Positions 29,501 to 44,800 of a DNA stretch of 64,000 bases are shown here, one piece after another. Made by a program: the position numbers and the translations under genes. This stretch comes from the human T2T-CHM13v2.0 reference genome, Homo sapiens, in NCBI RefSeq assembly GCF_009914755.1, contig NC_060925.1; one strand, 5' to 3'. Under the pieces are notes generated by a model. That model made no database searches, was not told the DNA's origin, and saw only the letters and a list, made by a program, of their open reading frames with translations. Numbering within the stretch: the stretch's first letter is position 1; the number at the start of each line of letters is the position of its first letter.

Positions 29501-32500
29501 TGGAAATGAATGGAATCGTCATAGAATGGAATCGAATGGATTCATTGAATGGAATCAGATGGAATCATCGAATGGACTGGAATGGAATCATTGAATGGAC
29601 TCGAAAGGGATCATTATTGAATGGAATTGAATGGAATCATCGAATGGTCTCGATTGGAATCATTATCAAATGGAATCGAATGGAATCACCGAATAGAATC
29701 GAATGGAACAATCATCGAATGGACTCAAATGGAATTATCCTCAAATGGAATCGAATGGAATTATCGAATGCAATCGAATGGAATTATCGAATGAAATCGA
29801 ATAGAATCATCGAATGGACTCGAATGGAATCATCGAATGGAATGGAATGGAACAGTCAATGAACTCGAATGGAATCATCATTGAATGGAAACGAATGGAA
29901 TCATCGAGTGGAATCGAATGGAATTATGATCAAATGGAATCGAATGTAATCATCATCAAATGGAATCAAAAATAACCATCATCAATTGGTATTGAATGGA
30001 ATTGTCATCAAATGGAATTCAAAGGAATCATCATCAAATGGAACCGAATGGAATCCTCATTGAATGGAAATGAAAGGGGTCATCATCTAATGGAATCGCA
30101 TGGAATCATCATCAAATGGAATCGAATGGAATCATCATCAAATGGAATCTAATGGAATCATTGAACAGAATTGAATGGAATCGTCATCGAATGAATTGAA
30201 TGCAATCATCGAATGGTCTCGAATGGAATCATCTTCTAATGGAAAGGAATGGAATCATCGCATAGAATCGAATGGAATTATCATCGAATGGAATCGAATG
30301 GTATCAATATCAAACGGAAAAAAACGGAATTATCGAATGGAATCGAAGAGAATCTTCGAACGGACCCGAATGGAATCATCTAATGGAATGGAATAGAATA
30401 ATCCATGGACTCGAATGCAATCATCATCAAATGGAATCGAATGGAATCATCGAATGGACTCGAATGGAATAATCATTGAACGGAATCGAATGGAATCATC
30501 ATCGGATGGAAACGAATGGAATCATCATCGAATGGAAATGAAAGGAGTCATCATCTAATGGAATTGCATGGAATCATCATAAAATGGAATCGAATGGAAT
30601 CAACATCAAATGGAATCAAATGGAATCATTGAACGGAATTGAATGGAATCGTCATCGAATGAATTTACTGCAATCATCGAATGGTCTCGAATGGAATCAT
30701 CTTCAAATGGAATGGAATGGAATCATCGCATAGAATCGAATGGAATTATCATCGAATGGAATCGAATGGAATCAACATCAAACGGAAAAAAACGGAATTA
30801 TCGAATGGAATCGAAGAGAATCATCGAATGGACCCGAATGGAATCATCTAATGGAATGGAATGGAATAATCCATGTACTCGAATGCAATCATCATCGAAT
30901 GGAATCGAATGAAATCATCGAATGGACTCGAATGGAATAATCATTGAACGGAATCGAATGGAATCATCATCGGATGGAAATGAATGGAATAATCATCGAA
31001 TGGAATCGAATAGAATTATGGAATGAAATCCAGTGTGATCATCATCGAATGGACCCGAATGGAATCATCATCCAACGGAAGCTAATGGAATCAACATCGA
31101 ATGAATCAAATGGAAACACCATCGAATTGAAAAGAATGGAATTATCATGAAATTGAAATGGATGGACTCATCATCGAATGGATTCGAATGGAATCATCGA
31201 ATAAAATTGATTGAAATCATCATCGAATGGAATCGAATGGTATCATTGAATGGAATCGAATGGAATCATCATCAGATGGAAATGAATGGAATCGTCATAG
31301 AATGGAATCGAATGGATTCATTGAATGGAATCAGATGGAATCATCGAATGGACTGGAATGGAATCATTGAATGGACTCGAAAGGGATCATTGTTGAATGG
31401 AATTGAATGGAATCATCGAATGGTCTCGATTGGAATCATTATCAAATGGAATCGAATGGAATCACCGAATAGAATTAAATGGAACAATCATCGAATGGAC
31501 TCAAATGGAATTATCCTCAAATGGAATCGAATGGAATTATCGAATGCAATCGAATGGAATTATCGAATGCAATCGAATAGAATCATCGAAAGGACTCGAA
31601 TGGAATCATCGAATGGAATGGAATGGAACAGTCAATGAACTCGAATGGAATCATCATTGAATGGAATCGAATGGAATCATCGAGTGGAAACGAATGGAAT
31701 TATGATCAAATGGAATCGAATGTAATCATCATCAAATGGAATCAAAAATAACCATCATCAATTGGTATTGAATGGAATTGTCATCAAATGGAATTCAAAG
31801 GAATCATCATCAAATGGAACCGAATGGAATCCTCATTGAATGGAAATGAAAGGGGTCATCATCTAATGGAATCGCATGGAATCATCATCAAATGGAATCG
31901 AATGGAATCATCATCAAATGGAATCTAATGGAATCATTGAACAGAATTGAATGGAATCGTCATCGAATGAATTGAATGCAATCATCGAATGGTCTCGAAT
32001 GGAATCATCTTCTAATGGAAAGGAATGGAATCATCGCATAGAATCGAATGGAATTATCATCGAATGGAATCGAATGGTATCAACACCAAACGGAAAAAAA
32101 CGGAATTATCGAATGGAATCGAAGAGAAGCTTCGAACGGACCCGAATGGAAACATCTAATGGAATGGAATGGAATAATCCATGGACTCGAATGCAATCAT
32201 CATCGAATGGAATCGAATGGAATCATCGAATGGACTCGAATGGAATAATCATTGAACGGAATCAAATGGAATCATCATCGGATGGAAACGAATGGAATCA
32301 TCATCGAATGGAAATGAAAGGAGTCATCATCTAATGGAATTGCATGGAATCATCATAAAATGGAATCGAATGGAATCAACATCAAATGGAATCAAATGGA
32401 ATCATTGAACGGAATTGAACGGAATCGTCATGGAATGAATTGACTGCAATCATCGAATGGTCTCGAAAGGAATCATCTTCAAATGGAATGGAATGGAATC

Positions 32501-35500
32501 ATCGCATAGAATCGAATGGAATTATCATCGAATGGAATCGAATGGAATCAACATCAAACGGAAAAAAACGGAATTATCGAATGGAATCGAAGAGAATCAT
32601 CGAATGGACCCGAATGGAATCATCTAATGGAATGGAATGGAATAATCCATGGACTCGAATGCAATCATCATCGAATGGAATCGAATGGAATCATCGAATG
32701 GACTCGAATGGAATAATCATTGAACGGAATCGAATGGAATCATCATCGGATGGAAATGTATGGAATCATCATCGAATGGAATCGAATAGAATTATGGAAT
32801 GAAATCCAGTGTGATCATCATCGAATGGACCCGAATGGAATCATCATCCAACGGAAGCTAATGGAATCAACATCGAATGAATCGAATGGAAACACCAAAG
32901 AATTGAAACGAATGGAATTATCATGAAATTGAAATGGATGGACTCATCATCGAATGGATTCGAATCGAATCATCGAATAAAATTGATTGAAATCATCATC
33001 CAATGGAATCGAATGGTATCATTGAATGGAATCGAATGGAATCATCATCAGATGGAAATGAATGGAATCGTCATAGAATGGAATCGAATGGATTCATTGA
33101 ATGGAATCAGATGGAATCATCGAATGGACTGGAATGGAATCATTGAATGGACTCGAAAGGGATCATGATTGAATGGAATTGAATGGAATCATCGAATGGT
33201 CTCGATTGGAATCATTATCAAATGGAATCGAATGGAATCACCGAATAGAATCGAATGGAACAATCATCGAATGGACTCAAATGGAATTATCCTCCAATGG
33301 AATCGAATGGAATTATCGAATGCAATCGAATGGAATTATCGAATGCAATCGAATAGAATCATCGAATGGACTCGAATGGAATCATCGAATGGAATGGAAT
33401 GGAACAGTCAATGAACTCGAATGGAATCATCATTGAATGGAATCGAATAGAATCATCGAGTGGAATCGAATGGAATTATGATCAAATGGAATCGAATGTA
33501 ATCATCATCCAATGGAATCAAAAATAACCATCATCAATTGGTATTGAATGGAATTGTCATCAAATGGAATTCAAAGGAATCATCATCAAATGGAACCGAA
33601 TGGAATCCTCATTGAATGGAAATGAAAGGGGTCATCATCTAATGGAATCGCATGGAATCATCATCAAATGGAATCGAATGGAATCATCATCAAATGGAAT
33701 CTAATGGAATCATTGAAAAGAATTGAATGGAATCGTCATCGAATGAATTGAATGCAATCATCGAATGGTCTCGAATGGAATCATCTTCTAATGGAAAGGA
33801 ATGGAATCATCGCATAGAATCGAATGGAATTAACATTGAATGGACTCGAATGGAATCCACATCAAACGGAATCAAGCGGAATTATCGAATGGAATCGAAG
33901 AGAATCATCGAATGGACTCGAATGGAATCATCTAAAGGAATGGAATGGAATAATCCACGGACTCGAATGCAATCATCATCGTATAGAATCGAATGGAATC
34001 ATTGAATGGACTCGAATGGAATAATCATTGAACGGAATCAAATGGAATCATCATCGGATGGAAACGAATGGAATCATCATCGAATGGAAAAGAAAAGAGT
34101 CATCATCTAATGGAATTGCATGGAATCATCATAAAATGGAATCGAATGGAATCAACATCAAATGGAATCAAATGGAATCATTGAACGGAATTAAATGGAA
34201 TCGTCATCGAATGAATTGAATGCAATCATCGAATGGTCTCGAATGGAATCATCTTCTAATGGAAAGTAATGGAATCATCGCATAGAATCGAATGGAATTA
34301 AAATTGAATGGACTCGAATGGAATCAACATCAAACGGAAAAAAACGGAAATATCGAATGGAATCGAAGAGAATCATCGAATGGACCCGAATGGAATCATC
34401 TAATGGAATGGAATGGAATAATCCATGGACTCGAATGCAATCATCATCGAATGGAATCGAATGGAATCATCGAATGGACTCGAATGGAATAATCATAGAA
34501 CGGAATCGAATGGAATCATCATCGGATGGAAATGAATGGAATCATCATCGAATGGAATCGAATAGAATTATGGAATGAAATCCAGTGTGATCATCATCGA
34601 ATGCACCCGAATGGAATCATCATCCAACGGAATCTAATGGAAACAACATCGAATGAATCGAATGGAAACACCATCGAATTGAAACGAGTGGAATTATCAT
34701 GAAATTGAAATGGATGGACTCATCATCGAATGGATTCGAATGGAATCATCGAATAAAATTGATTGAAATCATCATCAAATGGAATCGAATGGTATCATTG
34801 AATGGAATCGAATGGAATCATCATCAGATGGAAATGAATGGAATCGTCATAGAATGGAATCGAATGGATTCATTGAATGGAATCAGATGGAATCATCGAA
34901 TGGACTGGAATGGAATCATTGAATGGACTCGAGAGGGATCATTATTGAATGGAATTGAATGGAATCATGGAATGGTCTCGATTGGAATCATTATCAAATG
35001 GAATCGAATGGAATCACCGAATAGAATCGAATGGAACAATCATCGAATGGACTCAAATGGAATTATCCTCCAATGGAATCGAATGGAATTATCGAATGCA
35101 ATCGAATGGAATTATCGAATGCAATCGAATAGAATCATCGAATGGACTCGAATGGAATCATCGAATGGAATGGAATGGAACAGTCAATGAACTCGAATGG
35201 AATCATCATTGAATGGAATCGAATGGAATCATCGAGTGGAATCGAATGGAATTATGATCAAATGGAATCGAATGTAATCATCATCAAATGGAATCAAAGA
35301 TAACCATCATCAATTGGTATTGAATGGAATTGTCATCAAATGGAATTCAAAGGAATCATCACCAAATGGAACCGAAAGGAATCCTCATTGAATGGAAATG
35401 AAAGGGGTCATCATCTAATGGAATCGCATGGAATCATCATCAAATGGAATCGAATGGAATCATCATCAGATGGAATCTAATGGAATCATTGAACAGAATT

Positions 35501-38500
35501 GAATGGAATCGTCATCGAATGAATTGAATGCAATCATCGAATGGTCTCGAATGGAATCATCTTCTAATGGAAAGGAATGGAATCATCGCATAGAATCGAA
35601 TGGAATTAACATTGAATGGACTCGAATGGAATCAACATCAAACGGAATCAAGCGGAATTATCGAATGGAATCGAAGAGAATCATCGAATGGACTCGAATG
35701 GAATCATCTAATGGAATGGAATGGAATAATCCACGGACTCGAATGCAACCACCATCGTATAGAATCGAATGGAAACATCAAATGGAATCATCGAATGGAC
35801 TCGAATGGAATAATCATTGAACGGAATCGAATGGAATCATCATCGGATGGAAACGAATGGAATCATCATCGAATGGAAATGAAAGGAGTCATCTAATGGA
35901 ATTGCATGGAATCATCATCAAATGGAATCGAATGGAATCAACATCAAATGGAATCAAATGGAATCATTGAACGGAATTGAATGGAATCGTCATCTAATGA
36001 ATTGAATGCAATCATCGAATGGTCTCGAATGGAATCATCTTCAAATGGAATGGAATGGAATCATCGCATAGAATCGAATGTAATTATCATCGAATGGAAT
36101 CGAATGGAATCAACATCCAACGGAAAAAAACGGAATTATCGAATGGAATCGAAGAGAATCATCGAATGGACCCGAATGGAATCATCTAATGGAAAGGAAT
36201 GGAATAATCCATGGACTCGAATGCAATCATCATCGAATGGAATCGAATGGAATCATCGAATGGACTCGAATGGAATAATCATTGAACGGAATCGAATGGA
36301 ATCATCATCGGATGGAAATGAATGGAATCATCATCGAATGGAATCGAATAGAATTATGGAATGAAATCCAGTGTGATCATCATCGAATGGACCCGAATGG
36401 AATCATCATCCAACGGAAGCTAATGGAATCAACATCGAATGAATCGAATGGAAACACCATCGAATTGAAACGAATGGAATTATCATGAAATTGAAATGGA
36501 TGGACTCATCATCGAATGGATTCGAATGGAATCATCGAATAAAATTGATTGAAATCATCATCAAATTGAATCGAATGGTATCATTGAATGGAATCAAATG
36601 GAATCATCATCAGATGGAAAAGAATGGAATCGTCATAGAATGGAATCGAATGGATTCATTGAATGGAATCAGATGGAATCATCGAATGGACTGGAATGGA
36701 ATCATTGAATGGACTCGAAAGGGATCATGATTGAATGGAATTGAATGGAATCATCGAATGGTCTCGATTGGAATCATTATCAAATGGAATCGAATGGAAT
36801 CACCGAATAGAATCGAATGGAACAATCATCGAATGGACTCAAATGGAATTATCCTCAAATGGAATCGAATGGAATTATCGAATGCAATCGAATGGAATTA
36901 TCGAATGCAATCGAATAGAATCATCGAATGGACTCGAATGGAATCATCGAATGGAATGGAATGGAACAGTCAATGAACTCGAATGGAATCATCATTGAAT
37001 GGAATCGAATGGAATCATCGAGTGGAATCGAATGGAATTATGATCAAATGGAATCGAATGTAATCATCAAATGGAATCAAAAATAACCATCATCAATTGG
37101 TATTGAATGGAATTGTCATCAAATGGAATTCAAAGGAATCATCATCAAATGGAACCGAAAGGAATCCTCATTGAATGGAAATGAAAGGGGTCATCATCTA
37201 ATGGAATCACATGGAATCATCATCAAATGGAATCGAATGGAATCATCATCAAATGGAATCTAATGGAATCATTGAACAGAATTGAATGGAATCGTCATCG
37301 AATGAATTGAATACAATCATCGAATGGTCTCGAATGGAATCATCTTCTAATGGAAAGGAATGGAATCATCGCATAGAATCGAATGGAATTAACATTGAAT
37401 GGACTCGAATGGAATCAACATCAAACGGAATCAAGCGGAATTATCGAATGTAATCGAAGAGAACCATCGAATGGACTCGAATGGAATCATCTAATGGAAT
37501 GGAATGGAATAATCCACGGACTCGAATGCAATCATCATCGTATAGAATCGAATGGAATCATTGAATGGACTCGAATGGAATCATCATTGAACAGAATCGA
37601 ATGGAATCATCATCGGATGGAAACGAATGGAATTATCATCGAATGGAAATGAAAGGAGTCATCATCTAATGGAATCGCATGGAATCATCATAAAATGGAA
37701 TCGAATGGAATCAACATCAAATGGAATCAAATGGAATCATTGAACGGAATTGAATGGAATTGTCATCGAATGAATTGAATGCAATCATCGAATGGTCTCG
37801 AATGAAATCATCTTCAAATGGAATGGAATGGAATCATCGCATAGAATCGAATGGAATTATCATCGAATGGAATCGAAAGGTATCAACATCAAACGGAAAA
37901 AAACGGAATTATCGAATGGAATCGAAGAGAATCATCGAACGGACCCGAATGGAATCATCTAATGGAAAGGAATGGAATAATCCATGGACTCGAATCCAAT
38001 CATCATCGAATGGAATCGAATGGAATCATTGAAAGGACTCTAATGGAATAATCATTGAACGGAATCGAATGGAATCATCATCGAATGGAAACTAATGGAA
38101 TCATCATCGAATGGAAATGAAAGGAGTCATCTAATGGAATTGCACGGAATCAACATAAAATGGAATCGAATGGAATCAACATCAAATGGAATGAAATGGA
38201 ATCATTGAACGGAATTGAATGGAATCTTCATCGAATGAATTGAATGCAATCATCGAATGGTCTCGAATGGAATCATCTTCAAATGGAATGGAATGGAATC
38301 ATCGCATAGAATCGAATGGAATTATCATCGAATGGAATCGAATGGAATCAACATCAAACGGAAAAAAAAGGAATTATCGAATGGAATCGAAGAGAATCAT
38401 CGAATGGACCCGAATGGAATCATCTAATGGAATGGAATGGAATAATCCATGGACTCGAATGCAATCATCATCGAATGGAATCGAATGGAATCATCGAATG

Positions 38501-41500
38501 GACTCGAATGGAATAATCATTGAACGGAATCGAATGGAATCATCATCGGATGGAAATGAATGGAATCATCATCGAATGGAATCGAATAGAATTATGGAAT
38601 GAAATCCAGTGTCATCATCTTCGAATGGACCCGAATGGAATCATCATCCAACGGCAGCTAATGGAATCAACATCGAATGAATCGAATGGAAACACCATCG
38701 AATTGAAACGAGTGGAATTATCATGAAATTGAAATGGATGGACTCATCATCGAATGGATTCGAATGGAATCATCGAATAAAATTGATTGAAATCATCATC
38801 AAATGGAATCGAATGGTAGCATTGAATGGAATCGAATGGAATCATCATCATTTGGAAATGAATGGAATCGTCATAGAATGGAATCGAATGGATTCATTGA
38901 ATGGAATCAGATGGAATCTTCGAATGGACTGGAATGGAATCATTGAATGGACTCGAAAGGGATCATCATTGAATGGAATTGAATGGAATCATCGAATGGT
39001 CTCGATTGGAATCATTATCAAATGGAATCGAATGGAATCACCGAATAGAATCGAATGGAACAATCATCGAATGGACTCAAATGAAATTATCCTCAAGTGG
39101 AATCGAATGGAATTATCGAATGCAATCGAATGGAATTATCGAATGCAATCGAATAGAATCATCGAATGGACTCGAATGGAATCATCGAATGGAATGGAAT
39201 GGAACAGTCAATGAACTCGAATGGAATCATCATTGAATGGAATCGAATGGAATCATCGAGTGGAATCGAATGAAATCATGATCAAATGGAATCGAATGTA
39301 ATCATCATCAAATGGAATCAAAAATAACCATCATCAATTGATATTCAATGGAATTGTCATCAAATGGAATTCAAAGGTATCATCATCAAATGGAACCGAA
39401 TGGAATCCTCATTGAATGGAAATGAAAGGGGTCATCATCTAATGGAATCGCATGGAATCATCATCAAATGGAATCGAATGGAATCATCATCAAATGGAAT
39501 CTAATGGAATCATTGAACAGAATTGAATGGAATCGTCATCGAATGAATTGAATGCAATCATCGAATGGTCTCGAATGGAATCATCTTCTAATGGAAAGGA
39601 ATGGAATCATCGCATAGAATCGAATGGAATTAACATTGAATGGACTCGAATGGAATCAACATCAAACGGAATCAAGCGGAATTATCGAATGGAATCGAAG
39701 AGAATCATCGAATGGACTCGAATGGAATCATCTAATGGAATGGAATGGAATAATCCACGGACTCGAATGCAATCATCATCGTATAGAATCGAATGGAATC
39801 ATCGAATGGACTCGAATGGAATAATCATTGAACGGAATCGAATGGAATCATCATCGGATGGAAACGAATGGAATCATCATCGAATGGAAATGAAAGGAGT
39901 CATCATCTAATGGAATTGCATGGAATCATCATAAAATGGAATCGAATGGAATCAACATCAAATGGAATCAAATGGAATCATTGAACGGAATTGAATGGAA
40001 TCGTCATCGAATGAATTGAATGCAATCATCGAATGGTCTCGAATGGAATCATCTTCAAATGGAATGGAATGGAATCATCGCATAGAATCGAATGGAATTA
40101 TCATCGAATGGAATCGAATGGAATCAACATCAAACGGAAAAAAACGGAATTATCGAATGGAATCGAAGAGAATCATCGAACGGACCCGAATGGAATCATC
40201 TAATGGAATGGAATGGAATAATGCATGGACTCGAATGCAATCATCATCGAATGGAATCGAATGGAATCATCGAATGGACTCGAATGGAATAATCATTGAA
40301 CGGAATCGAATGGAGTCATCATCGGATGGAAACGAATGGAATCATCATCGAATGGAAATGAAAGGATTCATCATCTAATGGAATTGCATGGAATCATCAT
40401 AAAATGGAATCGAATGGAATCAACATCAAATGGAATCAAATGGAATCATTGAACGGAATTGAATGGAATCGTCAACGAATGAATTGAATGCAATCATCGA
40501 ATGGTCTCGAATGGAATCATCTTCAAATGGAATGGAATGGAATCATCGCATAGAATCGAATGGAATTATCATCGAATGGAATCGAATGGAATCAACATCT
40601 AACGGAAAAATCGGAATTATCGTATGGAATCGAAGAGAATCATCGAATGGACCCGAATGGAATCATCTAATGGAGTGGAATGGAAAAATCCATGGACTCG
40701 AATGCAATCATCATCGAATGGAATCGAATGGAATCATCGAATGGACTCGAATGGAATAATCATCGAACGGAATCGAATGGAGTCATCATCGGATGGAAAT
40801 GAATGGAATCATCATCGAATGGAATCGAATAGAATTATGGAATGAAATCCAGTGTGATCATCATCGAATGGACCCGAATGGAATCATCATCCAACGGAAG
40901 CTAATGGAATCAACATCGAATGAATCGAATGGAAACACCATCGAATTGAAACGAATGGAATTATCATGAAATTGAAATGGATGGACTCATCATCGAATGG
41001 ATTCGAATGGAATCATCGAATAAAATTGATTGAAATCATCAACAAATGGAATCGAATGGTATCATTGAAGGGAATCGAATGGAATCATCATCAGATGGAA
41101 ATGAATGGAATCGTCATAGAATGGAATCGAATGGATTCATTGAATGGAATCAGATGGAATCATCGAATGGACTGGAATGGAATCATTGAATGGACTCGAA
41201 AGGATTCATTATTGAATGCAATTGAATGGAATCATCGAATGGTCTCGATTGGAATCATTATCAAATGGAATCGAATGGAATCACAGAATAGAATCGAATG
41301 GAACAATCATCGAATGGACTCAAATGGAATTATCCTCAAATGGAATCGAATGGAAATATCGAATGTAATCGAATGGAATTATCGAATGCAATCGAATAGA
41401 ATCATCGAATGGACTCGAATGGAATCATCGAATGGAATGGAATGGAACAGTCAATGAACTCGAATGGAATCATCATTGAATGGAATCGAATGGAATCATC

Positions 41501-41800
41501 GAGTGGAATCGAATGGAATTATGATCAAATGGAATCGAATGTAATCATCATCAAATGGAATCAAAAATAACCATCATCAATTGGTATTGAATGGAATTGT
41601 CATCAAATGGAATTCAAAGGAATCATCATCAAATGGAACCGAATGGAATCCTCATTGAATGGAAATGAAAGGGGTCATCATCTAATGGAATCGCATGGAA
41701 TCATCATCAAATGGAATCGAATGGAATCATCATCAAATGGAATCTAATGGAATCATTGAACAGAATTGAATGGAATCGTCATCGAATGAATTGAATGCAA
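23538..41800 (+). repeat. Copy 2 of the super-duplication (homologous to 1-~21,600)
   Basis: Collinear private variants at stepwise offsets 23537/23536, 21958, 18406, 20192 (e.g. 5598/27556, 14517/32923, 18531/38723, 20774/40966). Homology ends at about 21.6 kb/41.8 kb. Confidence 0.9.
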
Positions 41801-44800
41801 TCATCGAATGGTCTCGAATGGAATCATCTTCTAATGGAAAGGAATGGAATCACCGCATAGAATCGAATGGAATTAACATTGAATGGACTCGAATGGAATC
41901 CACATCAAACGGAATCAAGCGGAATTATCGAATGGAATCGAAGAGAATCATCGAATGGACTCGAATGGAATCATCTAATGGAATGGAATGGAATAATCCA
42001 CGGACTCGAATGCAATCATCATCGTATAGAATCGAATGGAATCATTGAATGGACTCGAATGGAATAATCATTGAACGGAATCAAATGGAATCATCATCGG
42101 ATGGAAAGGAATGGAATCATCATCGAATGGAAAAGAAAAGAGTCATCATCTAATGGAATTGCATGGAATCATCATAAAATGGAATCGAATGGAATCAACA
42201 TCAAATGGAATCAAATGGAATCATTGAACGGAATTAAATGGAATCGTCATCGAATGAATTGAATGCAATCATCGAATGGTCTCGAATGGAATCATCTTCT
42301 AATGGAAAGTAATGGAATCATCGCATAGAATCGAATGGAATTAAAATTGAATGGACTCGAATGGAATCAACATCAAACGGAAAAAAACGGAAATATCGAA
42401 TGGAATCGAAGAGAATCATCGAATGGACCCGAATGGAATCATCTAATGGAATGGAATGGAATAATCCATGGACTCGAATGCAATCATCATCGAATGGAAT
42501 CGAATGGAATCATCGAATGGACTCGAATGGAATAATCATTGAACGGAATCGAATGAAATCATCATGGGATGGAAACGAATGGAATCATCATCGAATGGAA
42601 ATGAAAGGAGTCATGTAATGGAATTACATGGAATCATCATAAAATGGAATCGAATGGAATCAACATCAAATGGAATCCAATGGAATCATTGAACGGAATT
42701 GAATGAATCGTCATCGAATCAATTGAATGCAATCATCGAATGATCTCGAATGGAATCATGTTCAAATGGAATGGAATGGAATCATCGCATAGAATCGAAT
42801 GTAATTATCATCGAATGGAATCGAATGAAATCAACAACAAACGGAAAAAAAAGGAATTATCGAATGGAATCAAAGAGAATCATCGAATGGACCCGAATGG
42901 AATCATCTAATGGAATGGAATGGAATAATCCATGGACTCGAATGCAATCATCATCGAATGGAATCGAATGGAATCATCGAATGGACTCGAATGGAATAAT
43001 CATTGAAAGGAATCCAATGGAATCATCATCGGATGGAAATGAATGGAATCATCATCGAATGGAATCGAATAGAATTATGGAATGAAATCCAGTGTGATCA
43101 TCATCGAATGCACCCGAATGGAATCATCATCCAACGGAATCTAATGGAAACAACATCGAATGAATCGAAAGGAAACACCATCGAATTGAAACGAGTGGAA
43201 TTATCATGAAATTGAAATGGATGGACTCATCATCGAATGGATTCGAATGGAATCATCGAATAAAATTGATAGAAATCATCATCAAATGGAATCGAATGGT
43301 ATCATTGAATGGAATCGAATGGAATCATCATCAGATGGAAATGAATGGAATCGTCATAGAATGGAATCGAATGGATTCATTGAATGGAATCAGATGGAAT
43401 CATCGAATGGACTGGAATGGAATCATTGAATGGACTCGAGAGAGATCATTATTGAATGGAATTGAATGGAATCATGGAATGGTCTCGATTGGAATCATTA
43501 TCAAATGGAATCGAATGGAATCACCGAATAGAATCGAATGGAACAATCATCGAATGGACTCCAATGGAATTATCCTCAAATGGAATCGAATGGAATTATC
43601 GAATGCAATCGAATGGAATTATCGAATGCAATCGAATAGAATCATCGAATGGACTCGAATGGAATCATCGAATGGAATGGAATGGAACAGTCAATGAACT
43701 CGAATGGAATCATCATTGAATGGAATCGAATGGAATCATCGAGTGGAATCGAATGGAATTATGATCAAATGGAATCGAATGTAATCATCATCAAATGGAA
43801 TCAAAGATAACCATCATCAATTGGTATTGAATGGAATTGTCATCAAATGGAATTCAAAGGAATCATCACCAAATGGAACCGAAAGGAATCCTCATTGAAT
43901 GGGAATGAAAGGGGTCATCATCTAATGGAATCGCATGGAATCATCATCAAATGGAATCGAATGGAATCATCATCAAATGGAATCTAATGGAATCATTGAA
44001 AGAATTGAATGGAATCATCATCGAATGAATTGAATGCAATCATCGAATGGTCTCGAATGGAATCATCTTCTAATGGAAAGGAATGGAATCATCGCATAGA
44101 ATCGAATGGAATTATCATCGAATGGAATCGAATGGTATCAACATCAAACGGAAAAAAACGGAATTATCGAATGGAATCGAAGAGAATCTTCGAACGGACC
44201 CGAATGGAATCATCTAATGGAATGGAATGGAATAATCCATGGACTGGAAGGCAATCATCATCGAATGGAATCGAATGGAATCATCGAATGGACTCGAATG
44301 GAATAATCATTGAACGGAATCGAATGGAATCATCATCGGATGGAAACGAATGGAATCATCATCGAATGGAAATGAAAGGAGTCATCATCTAATGGAATTG
44401 AATGGAATCATCATAAATTGGAATCGAATGGAATCAACATCAAATGGAATCAAATGGAATCATTGAACGGAATTGAATGGAATCGTCATCGAATGAATTG
44501 AATGCAATCATCGAATGGTCTCGAATGGAATCATCTTCAAATGGAATGGAATGGAATCATCGCATAGAATCGAATGGAATTATCATCGAATGGAATCGAA
44601 TGGAATCAACATGAAACGGAAAAAAACGGAATTATCGAATGGAATCGAAGAGAATCATCGAACGGACACGAATGGAATCATCTAATGGAATGGAATGGAA
44701 TAATCCATGGAATCGACTGCAATCATCATCGAATGGAATCGAATGGAATCATCGAATGGACTCGAATGGAATAATCATTGAACGGAATCGAATGGAATCA

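Noticed and set aside
32127-32132. Apparently unique HindIII site (AAGCTT) in copy 2
   Set aside because: It is a single substitution, useful only as a mapping marker; uniqueness was not verified computationally.
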